DNA of 64,000 nucleotides from Chiloscyllium plagiosum. Taxonomy: Eukaryota. Below are positions 11,398 to 23,184 of this stretch, piece after piece. The notes beneath the pieces were generated by a model. It was not told where the DNA came from. It worked only from the letters and a program-made list of their open reading frames with translations, and ran no database searches. A program made the translations under genes and the position numbers. How positions within the stretch are numbered: position 1 is the stretch's first letter; every line of letters starts with the position of its first letter. The stretch covers positions 4,632,852-4,696,851 of the forward strand of contig NC_057758.1 of the NCBI RefSeq assembly GCF_004010195.1, given 5' to 3'.

Positions 11398-12890
11398 TGT
11401 CATCTTCAAACTTACTAACCATTCCTTCTACGCTCACCTCCAGATCATTTATAAAATTGATATACCGAAGTGGCCCCCAAACCAGATCCTCGCGGTACAC
11501 CACTGGTAACTGAGCTCCAGGATGAACATTTCCCATCAATCACCACCCTCTGTCTTCTTTCAGGTAGCCAATTTCTGATCCAAACCGCTAAATCACCTTC
11601 GATCCCAAAACTCTTTATTTTGTGCAAAATCCTACCCTGAAGAACCTTACCAAATGCCTTACTGAAGTCCATATACAACACATCAAAAGGATTACCATCA
11701 CCACCTGTTTTGTCACCTTCTCGATCAACTCAATAATGTTCGTGAGACACGACCTAACCTTCATAAACCCGTGTTGACTATCCCTCATCAAATTATTCCT
11801 TTCCAGATGATGATAAATCCTATCTCTTACAACATTTTCCAATATCTTACTCAAAACCGAAGTAAGGCTCACTGGCCTATAATTACCAAGCTTGTCCCGA
11901 ATCCTCTTCTTAAACACAGGAAAACATTTGCTATCCTCCAGTCTTTGGCACCATTCTTGTCGACAATGATGACGTGAAGATCGAAGCCAAAGGCTCCGAC
12001 ATCTCCTCTCTGGCTTCCCAGAAAATCTGAGGATAAATCCCAACCGTCCCCAGGGTTTTATCAATTGTCAGATCTTCCATAACTTTTAAAACCTCCTCCT
12101 TGTTAACATCAATCCCATCTCATCTTGAAGTCCGCATCTCCATATTCTCACTAACATTTCCCTTTTCCAATATGAATACTGACGAAAAGTATTCATTAAG
12201 GCCTTCCCCAATGTCCTCAGGTTCCAAACACAACAATGCACTACTCTATTTGATTCTCCAAAACTTTACTCTAGTTATTCTTTCTTTTCTGATATACTTA
12301 TGGAAGGCCTTAGAGTTTTCTTTGATCTTATCTGCCAAAAACTTCTCGTGTTCCCTCCTGGCTGTTCTTAGCCCTCTCTTTAGACCTTTTTTCTGGCTAA
12401 CTAATAACTCTCAAGCTCCCTAACTGAGCCTTCACGTCTCATTCTCACAAAGGTCGTCTTCTTCCGCTTGTCAAGAGCTTCAACTATTTTAGTAAACCAT
12501 GGCTTCCTGTCTCAACAACTTCCTCCCTGCCTGATAAGTGTATACTTATCAAGGGCCCGCAGTATCTGTTCCTTGAATAAGCTCCACATTTCAAGGGTGT
12601 TTATCCCCTGCAGTTTCCTTCCCCATCCAATACATCCTAAATCTTGCCTAATCGCATCATATTTGCGATACTCCAGTTATACCTCTTTCGCTGTTGTATA
12701 TAATTATCCCTGTCCATTGCTATTGCAAACATAACCGAATTATGTTCAGTGTCGCCAAAGTGGTCATCTACCGCTAAACCTAACACCTGTCTGGGTTCAT
12801 TCCCCAGTACAAAATACAATATAGCATCTCCCCGTGTTGGCCTGTCTGCGTACTGTGTCAGAAAACCCACTTGCACACATTGAAAAAAAA
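11398..12890 (-). mobile_element. CR1/HER1-like LINE ORF2 fragment (EN-RT linker to RT)
   Basis: PVFKK...GNYRPVSLTSVLSKILE...DSQHGFMKVRSCLTN; YMDFSKAFGKV...WIRNWLPERRQRVVIDG...SVTSGVP; FLTQYADRPTRGDAIL. Confidence 0.93.
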
Positions 12891-13676
12891 ACTGACCATA
12901 CTCTACAAAAATAAACTGGGATATCAGATTAGTCCTGTCGAATCTCCACGGTCACTGTTTCCTATTCCTTTCTGTTTCTTAACCAAGGACATATACCATG
13001 CTGCCTCTGCCTCTTTAGTTCCAATAAAAGGGCAACTGTAGACATAACATTTACTTTTGGGCTAAGGCTAAAACTCTGAAAAAGGCGTATAAACTGTGTA
13101 ATAAGATGCTTTAATCTTTAGAAACAAGTTATTGATGTGCATTATGTTAAAGATAAAATGTTGCCTCATTAGAGGATTCAGAGGAATGTCCAGAGAAGTC
13201 TGTACTTCCTATGTTCAGGGCAGTTGTGCCCAGAGACAGTTTTTAGACTGACACTTGTTGAGGAAAAGGAGACTTAGTGCAGTAACAGCCTCTCGATTTG
13301 CTCTTCAGAGGGTGATTACATAGAACATTGAATGTGGGTAACACAGCAGAGTCATCGAGCCTTTCTCCTTTACCTCTAACAATGTTATAATAATTGAAGG
13401 TGAGCAATAAGACCAATAGCAGGCAATGTCAAAATCCCAACCAGACCAGGTATTGTTGTTACATGCAAAAATGTTGTCGTGAAAGGGGTTAACTGGAGCT
13501 GGTTGTTCAGTGACTGTGACTGATGTCAGAATCTATGGATCACAAATGTGTCACTGGAGGGTTTCTCTTTTCTATTAATAAGGGGATGATTTCAATATCT
13601 TATCCCATTGTATCAGCGGTCATATCATCCTTAACACCATTGAGATCAAAGCTCCAGAGAGAGGGAGAAAATATTA

Positions 13677-13790
13677 GACGAGAATGTTTCAACAATGGAT
13701 CAGAATCTGAGAGCAGTAGACTGGAATGTTCCAACAATGCATCAAAATCTGAGAACGTGTGACTGGAATGTTCCAACAAGTGACAGGAGT
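13677..13790 (+). repeat. 42-bp (14-codon) tandem repeat, about 2.7 copies, in the GPCR N-terminal coding region (also about 18872-18985)
   Basis: GACGAGAATGTTTCAACAATGGATCAGAATCTGAGAGCAGTA / GACTGGAATGTTCCAACAATGCATCAAAATCTGAGAACGTGT / GACTGGAATGTTCCAACAAGTGACAGGAGT. Confidence 0.85.
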
Positions 13791-13911
13791 TTATCCGATG
13801 TTCTTTACGATCTTTCTCAGGATTGGATGTGGTTAACATGGCGGATATGATGTGTACTGATGATTGTTCATGCAGGTTACTATCCCATCCTCGCTATTGT
13901 TGATGTTCCTG
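13695..13911 (+). pseudogene. Probable first coding exon of a GPR139-like class A GPCR, with in-frame stop; copy 1
   Basis: Translates MDQNLRAVDWNVPTMHQNLRTCDWNVPTSDRSLSDVLYDLSQDWMWLTWRI*CVLMIVHAGYYPILAIVDVP, followed by a phase-1 donor G|GTGAAT at 13911/13912. YYPILAIVGVP ending in a phase-1 intron is, from my recall, the TM1-start pattern of the expanded chondrichthyan GPR139-like receptors. TGA at 13848-13850. Confidence 0.7.
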
Positions 13912-14259
13912 GTGAATCTATCTCTGCCCATTTATTAATTCTGTAAACCATTGAGAACACCATCGCTATTTCTATTGTCTATATTTGGCACACTCAATTT
14001 GATATTAAAATGCTTTGTTCACAGATTCATGTAATCTGTTTCGGCATGACCTGTAACCTCATACTAGGAAGATCACTGTGCTCTCAGTGACCGTGAAGTG
14101 ACAGTTTCATTGAACTGTTTTGATTCTATAACTTTCCGAGCAGGAGTGGGTCCCCTGTCTATCATCTCCTAAGTGCAGTGCTCCAACGTTTTCACTCCGT
14201 GGCGGAGGCCATCGCTGCCCCCGCTGAGGGAAATACAGAGGAAGATACAGAAAATCATT

Positions 14260-15195
14260 CAGAGATCCTATGGGACAGAGTGACTGGTGAAATTGAAACT
14301 GTGGGGCATTAGAATTAATAAAGGGAAATTACTCAAAAAACGAATTGAAGTAAAGGTTGGTAAGTTGTTGCATCAGATGAGCTCCATCCCTGAGTATTCA
14401 GGCAGGTGGCATTAGAGCTCGTGAGAAGTGCTATACCGTCATGCAGCATGGAAACAGACCCTTCAGTGTAACCAGTCTATGATTACCTTAAACCAAAACT
14501 AACCTCGTCTCACCTGCCGACGCTTGGCCCATATCCCTCCAAACCTTTCCAATTCGTGTCTTTCAAATGTTGTAACCACAAGAAATAGTTATTGAATATC
14601 TTGCAAAACTGTTTTGACTGAAAATTCTGTTTCCTGGAGAAGGAAATCAAATCAAGTCTAAGTATTGGACAACATGATTTCAGTGCTGAGGAAATTATTC
14701 AAATCTGTTATAAGGAATGTGATAAATAGAAAATGTGGAGTCCTGGTGTGACTTGGCAGAGTCAGCTTAGCTTCAGGGAAGGGAAATAACCTTTCAGAAA
14801 TCTGTGGAATTGGGGTTTGTGAGGCCTTGACAAATGAGAACTCAATGGCAGCGGCGTATTTGTATTAACAGAACATTTTCACCGTGGTTGTTGACAGATG
14901 AGTGAAAGACCATGTGTAAGGGGTGATGTACTGCAAGGATTGGGAATTCGGTAGTGGAGACAATACAGGAGTGTGCCTGTTCCCGGACTGAAGTCCGGTA
15001 CGCACGGGGTATCACACGGATCAGTATTTGGACCACAGATATTTGCAAGTTAGACACATGATTTCGATTTGGGGAACAAATAGCACAGATCTCATTTTGT
15101 ATTGCTTAAATAGTGCGAAGTTGGGAAATGTCATTGTCCGAAAGGACTTGCATGTCGTTGACCATGAGTCACCAAACAGAGTATATCCAGAGGTC
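14260..15195. mobile_element. Decayed CR1 fragments: + strand ORF2 remnants with a - strand CR1 3' end at about 14430-14575 (duplicated at about 19455-20390)
   Basis: CAGCATGGAAACAGACCCTTC...CTTGGCCCATATCCCTCCAAACCTTTCC is a CR1 3' UTR on the minus strand; GGCAGAGTCAGCTTAGCTTCAGGGAAGGGAAA resembles the QSQHGFxKGK motif. Confidence 0.6.
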
Positions 15196-15209
15196 TTGGA
15201 GTCATCGAG

Positions 15210-16049
15210 TGTTACAGCATGCATGCGGGTCAAAGCCAACCTGTTACGTTGCTGAAAGCATGTCTGAACACGTTCAGGCAGGGTGTGTTTTGCTGAATAT
15301 AAAATTCAGCCACAGCTGCCAGTTAATGGTCAAGCTGTTCCAAATGTAACAATTAGCTATTAAATGGATTCCTGAGGTTTAGTTGCTGTTTTGACAATAA
15401 TTCGAATTTAACCAATTAATTTTAATCATGCCTAGGATACCAGAATACACTGGAAGCTGAACTTTATTATTTTGACACCTGGCAACCAATAAAATTATCA
15501 GAATTTGAAGCGTCATGGGGAGTAGATAACCGGGTACTTTGAAAGTTAGAGGGAGAGCAACTCACATCGAACAGCAGAGCAACTGCTGTAGAGACGGAGA
15601 GCAAACTGGCCATCTGACATCTTTGTCACAAAGAAAGTAGAAAACAGCCTCTATCAAAGATACCTTTTCATGTAAAACCTACTCGCAGTAAAAAACAAAG
15701 GAAATATGATGACCCAGGGAGCTTGAAGAGTGAATGCAGTGAGGAAGACAGAGACTGAGTGTTCTTGAGATTAGGTATATGTACTGTTTAATAAGTGGGT
15801 TACTGAAACAGCATATTTTGAGAGAGTTGGAGTCAGATAGTAAGCAATTGAAAAAAGGGGGTCCTGTGTGGTGAAAGATTATTGTTTAGAGTTCAGTATT
15901 CGAGTTCAGAAAATAAATTGCTATTTTCTTTGAATGGTGGAATTTGGGAATTCTCTGTCATTCATGTTTTAACGGATTACGAGACATAGTGAGATTTTAT
16001 GGGTGTTTGGTTTTAATTAGCACAGGGGTTCGATATTTACCTCATAACA
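15210..16049 (+). mobile_element. 5' LTR of a Gypsy (Gmr1-like) retrotransposon, copy 1
   Basis: TGTTA...TAACA termini (alternative start 15242), internal AATAAA, directly followed by a PBS-like sequence and gag; homologous to 23990-24705. Confidence 0.7.
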
Positions 16050-16050
16050 G

Positions 16051-16075
16051 TTTGGGAGCATGTCGTTCAGGATTT
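16051..16075 (+). other. Degenerate primer-binding site, tRNA-Pro type (also 21246-21270)
   Basis: TTTGGGAGCATGTCGTTCAGGATTT against canonical TGGGGGCTCGTCCGGGATTT, immediately 3' of the LTR. Confidence 0.5.
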
Positions 16076-16222
16076 GGACAGATGTGAACAGATTAGGGGA
16101 ACAAAAGGTCCCACCAGATTACAACACTTGGCAATTATTGTCGAGATCTTTCAATAAAACTTAGGTCAGAAAATTTGTTTAATTTTGGTTACTTATGGAT
16201 GATGAAATGAAAAGTGATATAA

Positions 16223-17367
16223 ATGGCTCCTGAAAATTGTAAAGGGGTTCTGGGTTTGAAGATGATTCTAAATTTGCCTAGAAAATTTGAGAAGACAAAA
16301 GATGGGCATACGTTTACCATTAGAAAATAGGTTAGAAATGGGTTTAACCAGAGACAAAAGGGAAAATGAAATTGTAATGGAGTTGGTCAAGTACTTCGGG
16401 GTATCAGAGAAAAAGACAGTGAGTGCAGTAGAATTAGAAAAGTTTAATTGCAATTGAAGTAAAATGAGTTAAGTGATAAATAAAGAGAGAGAGGATAAAG
16501 AAATTGAGAGAAGTTTCTTACCTGAGAAAAGGGAGAGAGAAGAAAAAGAGAGATGGAGGCAGAGTAGAAAGAGAAAAGAAGAGAGAATTTGAACTTCAGA
16601 AATTTCAAATTCATCAGGAAAGTGAAGTGAATAGGATGGAGATGAAGAGAGAATGTAGTGATGTACACAAATATGTTAAAATATTGCCACATTTTGATGA
16701 GAAATTTGTCGAAGCTTTCTTTATTCCATTTGAAAACTTGGCAAGGCAAATGGAGCGCTCAAAGAACTAATAGGAAATATTAGTTCAGACTATGCTGATC
16801 AGTACAATAAGGGAGGTATTTGTAGCTCTGACAGATGGGGTGTCAAAATTTTTTGCAGATATCAAACAGCCTATTTTGAGTGCTTATGGATTGCTACCAG
16901 AAGCATACAGCTAGAGGTTCAGAAGCCAGTTCAGACTTATGTAGAGTTCGAAAGAGATAAAACATTGTAATTTTGAAAGGTGGGCATGGGCCATAAAATA
17001 GACAGATATATGAGCCTATAAGAAAGATTATTCTGTGGGAAGAGTTTACAAAGTCCCTTCCCGAGATGATCAGAATTAATGTAAATGCACAGAAAGTTCA
17101 TAAATGAGAAGAGTGACAGAGATGTTAGGTAAATATGCATTGGTGCAAGAGCTGAAATTTAGCTTCTTGTAGGATTTTCATTCTGTGAGGGACAGAAAAT
17201 GGGAGAAGTGGAGATCCCACTCTAGAAAGCACAGATTAGAGCACACTGGGAGTAGTTTTACACAGGTTAATAAAGAAGCCCAAGAGGGTTGAAAGGAGAT
17301 GAAAAGCCTCAGGTGCTTTCACTATAACGGAGTGGAAGACATAGAATTACAGTGTCGGTGGTTTAAG
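16223..17367 (+). mobile_element. Decayed Gypsy/Gmr1-like gag (coiled coil, SCAN-like capsid, degenerate zinc knuckle), copy 1
   Basis: EKKREFELQKFQ; KYVKILPHFDEKFVEAFFIPFENLARQM; IKQPILSAYGLLPEAYS*RFR; IILWEEFTKSLPEMIR; RCFHYNGVEDIELQC (eroded CX2CX4HX4C); stops and frameshifts. Confidence 0.8.
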
Positions 17368-18085
17368 ATGAATACTGACGAAAAGTATTCATTAAGGCCT
17401 TCCCCAATGTCCTCAGGTTCCAAACACAACAATGCACTACTCTATTTGATTCTCCAAACCTTTACTCTCGTTATTCTTTCTTTTCTGATATACTTATGGA
17501 AGGCCTTAGAGTTTTCTTTGATCTTATCTGCCAAAAACATCTCGTGTTCCCTCCTGGCTGTTCTTATCCCTCTCTTTAGACCTTTTTTTCTGGCTAACTA
17601 ATAATTCTCAAGCTCCCTAACTGAGCCTTCACGTCTCATTCTCACAAAGGTCGTCTTCTTCCGCTTGTCAAGAGCTTCAACTATTTTAGTAAACCATGGC
17701 TTCCTGTCTCAACAACTTCCTCCCTGCCTGATAAGTGTATACTTATCAAGGACCCGCAGTATCTGTTCCTTGAATAAGCTCCACATTTCAAGGGTGTTTA
17801 TCCCCTGCAGTTTCCTTCCCCATCCAATACATCCTAAATCTTGCCTAATCGCATCATATTTGCGATACTCCAGTTATACCTCTTTCGCTGTTGTATATAA
17901 TTATCCCTGTCCATTGCTATTGCAAACATAACCGAATTATGTTCAGTGTCGCCAAAGTGGTCATCTACCGCTAAACCTAACACCTGTCTGGGTTCATTCC
18001 CCAGTACAAAATACAATATAGCATCTCCCCGTGTTGGCCTGTCTGCGTACTGTGTCAGAAAACCCACTTGCACACATTGAAAAAA
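17368..18085 (-). mobile_element. CR1 ORF2 fragment (duplicate of 12172-12890)
   Basis: Part of duplication B; ORF 17834-18073 is identical to 12637-12876. Confidence 0.9.
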
Positions 18086-18889
18086 AACTGACCATACTCT
18101 ACAAAAATAAACTGGGATATCAGATTAGTCCTGTCGAATCTCCACGGCCACTGTTTCCTATTCCTTTCTGTTTCTTAACCAAGGACATATACATGCTGCC
18201 TCTGCCTCTTTAGTTCCAATAAAAGGGCAACTGTAGACATACCATTTACTTTTGGGCTAAGGCTAAAACTCTGAAAAAGGCGTATAAACTGTGTAATAAG
18301 ATGCTTTAATCTTTAGAAACAAGTTATTGATGTGCATTATGTTAAAGATAAAATGTTGCCTCATTAGAGGATTCAGAGGAATGTCCAGAGAAGTCTGTAC
18401 TTCCTGTGTTCAGGGCACTTGTGCCCAGAGACAGTTTTTAGACTGACACTTGTTGAGGAAAAGGAGACTTAGTGCAGTAACAGCCTCTCGATTTGCTCTT
18501 CAGAGGGTGATTACATAGAACATTGAATGTGGGTAACACAGCAGAGTCATCGAGCCTTTCTCCTTTACCTCTAACAATATTATAGTAATTGAAGGTGAGC
18601 AATAAGACCAATAGCAGGCAATGTCAAAATCCCAACCAAACCAGGTATTGTTGTTACATGCAAAAATGTTGTCGTGAAAGGGGTTAACTGGAGCTGGTTG
18701 TTCAGTGACTGTGACTGATGTCAGAATCCATGGATCACAAATGTGTCACTGGAGGGTTTCTCTTTTCTATTAATAAGGGGATGATTTCAATATCTTATCC
18801 CATTGTATCAGCGGTCATATCATCCTTAACACCATTGAGATCAAAGCTCCAGAGAGAGGGAGAAAATATTAGACGAGAATGTTTCAACA

Positions 18890-19106
18890 ATGGATCAGAA
18901 TCTGAGAGCAGTAGACTGGAATGTTCCAACAATGCATCAAAATCTGAGAACGTGTGACTGGAATGTTCCAACAAGTGACAGGAGTTTATCCGATGTTCTT
19001 TACGATCTTTCTCAGGATTGGATGTGGTTAACATGGCGGATATGATGTGTACTGATGATTGTTCATGCAGGTTACTATCCCATCCTCGCTATTGTTGATG
19101 TTCCTG
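18890..19106 (+). pseudogene. Probable first coding exon of a GPR139-like GPCR, with in-frame stop; copy 2
   Basis: Appears identical to 13695-13911; TGA at 19043-19045, donor GT at 19107-19108. Confidence 0.7.
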
Positions 19107-20404
19107 GTGAATCTATCTCTGCCCATTTATTAATTCTGTAAACCATTGAGAACACCATCGCTATTTCTATTGTCTATATTTGGCACACTCAATTTGATAT
19201 TAAAATGCTTTGTTCACAGATTCATGTAATCTGTTTCGGCATGACCTGTAACCTCATACTAGGAAGATCACTGTGCTCTCAGTGACCGTGAAGTGACAGT
19301 TTCATTGAACTGTTTTGATTCTATAACTTTCCGAGCAGGAGTGGGTCCCCTGTCTATCATCTCCTAAGTGCAGTGCTCCAACGTTTTCACTCCGTGGCGG
19401 AGGCCATCGCTGCCCCCGCTGAGGGAAATACAGAGGAAGATACAGAAAATCATTCAGAGATCCTATGGGACAGAGTGACTGGTGAAATTGAAACTGTGGG
19501 GCATTAGAATTAATAAAGGGAAATTACTCAAAAAACGAATTGAAGTAAAGGTTGGTAAGTTGTTGCATCAGATGAGCTCCATCCCTGAGTATTCAGGCAG
19601 GTGGCATTAGAGCTCGTGAGAAGTGCTATACCGTCATGCAGCATGGGAACAGACCCTTCAGTGTAACCAGTCTATGATTACCTTAAACCAAAACTAACCT
19701 CGTCTCACCTGCCGACGCTTGGCCCATATCCCTCCAAACCTTTCCAATTCGTGTCTTTCAAATGTTGTAACCACAAGAAATAGTTATTGAATATCTTGCA
19801 AAACTGTTTTGACTGAAAATTCTGTTTCCTGGAGAAGGAAATCAAATCAAGTCTAAGTATTGGACAACATGATTTCAGTGCTGAGGAAATTATTCAAATC
19901 TGTTATAAGGAATGTGATAAATAGAAAATGTGGAGTCCTGGTGTGACTTGGCAGAGTCAGCTTAGCTTCAGGGAAGGGAAATAACCTTTCAGAAATCTGT
20001 GGAATTGGGGTTTGTGAGGCCTTGACAAATGAGAACTCAATGGCAGCGGCGTATTTGTATTAACAGAACACTTTCACCGTGGTTGTTGACAGATGAGTGA
20101 AAGACCATGTGTAAGGGGTGATGTACTGCAAGGATTGGGAATTCGGTAGTGGAGACAATACAGGAGTGTGCCTGTTCCCGGACTGAAGTCCGGTACGCAC
20201 GGGGTATCACACGGATCAGTATTTGGACCACAGATATTTGCAAGTTAGACACATGATTTCGATTTGGGGAACAAATAGCACAGATCTCATTTTGTATTGC
20301 TTAAATAGTGCGAAGTTGGGAAATGTCATTGTCCGAAAGGACTTGCATGTCCTTGACCATGAGTCACCAAACAGAGTATATCCAGAGGTCTTGGAGTCAT
20401 CGAG

Positions 20405-21244
20405 TGTTACAGCATGCATGCGGGTCAAAGCCAACCTGTTACGTTGCTGAAAGCATGTCTGATCACGTTCAGGCAGGGTGTGTTTTGCTGAATATAAAAT
20501 TCAGCCACAGCTGCCAGCTAATGGTCAAGCTGTTCCAAATGTAACAATTAGCTATTAAATGGATTCCTGAGGTTTAGTTGCTGTTTTGACATTCATTCGA
20601 ATTTAACCAATTAATTTTAATCATGCCTAGGATACCAGAATACACTGGAAGCTGAACATTATTATTTTGACACCTGGCAACCAATAGAATTATCAGAATT
20701 TGATGCGTCATGGGGAGTAGATAACCGGGTACTTTGAACGTTAGAGGGAGAGCAACTCACATCGAACAGCAGAGCAACTGCTGTAGAGACGGAGAGCAAA
20801 CTGGCCATCTGACATCTTTGTCACAAAGAAAGTAGAAAACAGCCTCTATCAAAGATACCTTTTCATGTCAAACCTACTCGCAGTAAAAAACAAAGGAAAT
20901 ATGATGACCCAGGGAGCTTGAAGAGTGAATGCAGTGAGGAAGACAGAGACTGAGTGTTCTTGAGATTAGGTATATGTACTGTTTAATAAGTGGGTTACTG
21001 AAACAGCATATTTTGAGAGAGTTGGAGTCAGATAGTAAGCAATTGAAAAAAGGGGGTCCTGTGTGGTGAAAGATTATTGTTTAGAGTTCAGTATTCGAGT
21101 TCAGAAAATAAATTGCTATTTTCTTTGAATGGTGGAATTTGGGAATTCTCTGTCATTCATGTTTTAACGGATTACGAGACATAGTGAGATTTTCTGGGTG
21201 TTTGGTTTTAATTAGCACAGGGGTTCGATATTTACCTCATAACA
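20405..21244 (+). mobile_element. 5' LTR of the Gypsy element, copy 2
   Basis: Duplicate of 15210-16049. Confidence 0.7.
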
Positions 21245-22680
21245 GTTTGGGAGCATGTCGTTCAGGATTTGGACAGATGTGAACAGATTAGGGGAACAAA
21301 AGGTCCCACCAGATTACAACACTTGGCAATTATTGTCGAGATCTTTCAATAAAACTTAGGTCAGAAAATTTGTTTAATTTTGGTTACTTATGGATGATGA
21401 AATGAAAAGTGATATAAATGGCTCCTGAAAATTGTAAAGGGGTTCTGGGTTTGAAGATGATTCTAAATTTGCCTAGAAAATTTGAGAAGACAAAAGATGG
21501 GCATACGTTTACCATTAGAAAATAGGTTAGAAATGGGTTTAACCAGAGACAAAAGGGAAAATGAAATTGTAATGGAGTTGGTCAAGTACTTCGGGGTATC
21601 AGAGAAAAAGACAGTGAGTGCAGTAGAATTAGAAAAGTTTAATTGCAATTGAAGTAAAATGAGTTAAGTGATAAATAAAGAGAGAGAGGATAATGAAATT
21701 GAGAGAAGTTTCTTACCTGAGAAAAGGGAGAGAGAAGAAAAAGAGAGATGGAGGCAGAGTAGAAAGAGAAAAGAAGAGAGAATTTGAACTTCAGAAATTT
21801 CAAATTCATCAGGAAAGTGAAGTGAATAGGATGGAGATGAAGAGAGAATGTAGTGATGTACACAAATATGTTAAAATATTGCCACATTTTGATGAGAAAT
21901 TTGTCGAAGCTTTCTTTATTCCATTTGAAAACTTGGCAAGGCAAATGGAGCGCTCAAAGAACTAATAGGAAATATTAGTTCAGACTATGCTGATCAGTAC
22001 AATAAGGGAGGTATTTGTAGCTCTGACAGATGGGGTGTCAAAATTTTTTGCAGATATCAAACAGCCTATTTTGAGTGCTTATGGATTGCTACCAGAAGCA
22101 TACAGCTAGAGGTTCAGAAGCCAGTTCAGACTTATGTAGAGTTCGAAAGAGATAAAACATTGTAATTTTGAAAGGTGGGCATGGGCCATAAAATAGACAG
22201 ATATATGAGCCTATAAGAAAGATTATTCTGTGGGAAGAGTTTACAAAGTCCCTTCCCGAGATGATCAGAATTAATGTAAATGCACAGAAAGTTCATAAAT
22301 GAGAAGAGTGACAGAGATGTTAGGTAAATATGCATTGGTGCAAGAGCTGAAATTTAGCTTCTTGTAGGATTTTCATCCTGTGAGGGACAGAAAATGGGAG
22401 AAGTGGAGATCCCACTCTAGAAAGCACAGATTAGAGCACACTGGGAGTAGTTTTACACAGGTTAATAAAGAAGCCCAAGAGGGTTGAAAGGAGATGAAAA
22501 GCCTCAGGTGCTTTCACTATAACGGAGTGGAAGACATAGAATTACAGTGTCGGTGGTTTAAGAAGGGCACTGGGAAAATGCGTTTTCACTACTAGAAATT
22601 GGAAACGTAAACTCAAGCTAGTCGTTAAAGAAAGGCTGTAGAGGAAAAGATGTGATTAAAGAGACTTGGCCCGTAGCATG

Positions 22681-22905
22681 ATTAGATTAGATTGCCTGCA
22701 ATGTGGAAACAGGCACTTCGGCCCCAAAACTCCACACCGACCCTCCGAAGAGCAACCCACCCAGACCCGTCCCCCTACATTCACCCCTGACTAATGCATC
22801 TAACACAACGGGCAATTTAGCACGGCCAGTTCATCTAACCTGCACGTCTTTGGACTGTGGGAAAAACCAGAGCACCCGTCGTAAATCCACGTAGACACAG
22901 GGAGA
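22681..22905 (-). mobile_element. HE1-type SINE, 5'-truncated
   Basis: ATTAGATTAGATT tail; GTGGAAACAGGCACTTCGGCCC...TTTGGACTGTGGG...AGACACAGGGAGA. Confidence 0.88.
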
Positions 22906-22917
22906 TTTTTTTCTGAT

Positions 22918-23035
22918 GCCCCCACACTCTGTCACCCTGATCCACGCACACTCACTCTGTTACCATCACCCTGACCCCTCACACTCACTCTGTCACTGTC
23001 GCCATGACCCAGTCACAGTCACTCTGTCACTCTCA
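22918..23035 (+). repeat. Short C/A/T-rich tandem repeat, period about 33 bp
   Basis: CACACTCACTCTGT recurs at 22947 and 22980, with a variant at about 23014. Confidence 0.7.
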
Positions 23036-23184
23036 TTAGTGGAAGCAGTATGGGAAACCACAAGAAAAGTCGAGGAGCAGCATGAGGTTTCACAGCCTCG
23101 GCAGGAGCTGGTTACGGGAGTTGGTACCTGATCACTACAAAGAATTCGCCTCTGTGGGTAAAGTTTACAAAGAAGAAACAGGGG

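Larger units (their letters stand above)
12172..17367 (+). repeat. Tandem duplication B, copy 1 (5196 bp)
   Basis: Starts ATGAATACTGACGAAAAG at 12172 and again at 17368; the ORF track repeats with an offset of about 5195. Confidence 0.97.
17368..22562 (+). repeat. Tandem duplication B, copy 2 (5195 bp)
   Basis: Colinear with copy 1 up to GTCGGTGGTTTAAG (22562); roughly 30 differences by eye. Confidence 0.97.
21418..23170 (+). mobile_element. Decayed Gypsy gag, copy 2, continuing after insertions into the gag-protease linker
   Basis: Duplicate of 16223-17367, extends past 22562. After the SINE, 23124-23168 reads VPDHYKEFASVGKVY, resembling the segment preceding the protease in this clade. 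No pol seen. Confidence 0.7.

Noticed and set aside
13573..13582. TATA-like CTATTAATAA about 115 bp upstream of the GPCR ATG
   Set aside because: Position is plausible, but such motifs are common in AT-rich DNA and there is no TSS evidence.
13848..13850. TGA as selenocysteine or programmed readthrough
   Set aside because: No SECIS evidence is available and there is no precedent I know for this family; a nonsense mutation is simpler.
17299..17601. 100-aa ORF across the duplication junction as a new chimeric gene
   Set aside because: It joins a dead gag fragment to antisense CR1 sequence; no sign of function.
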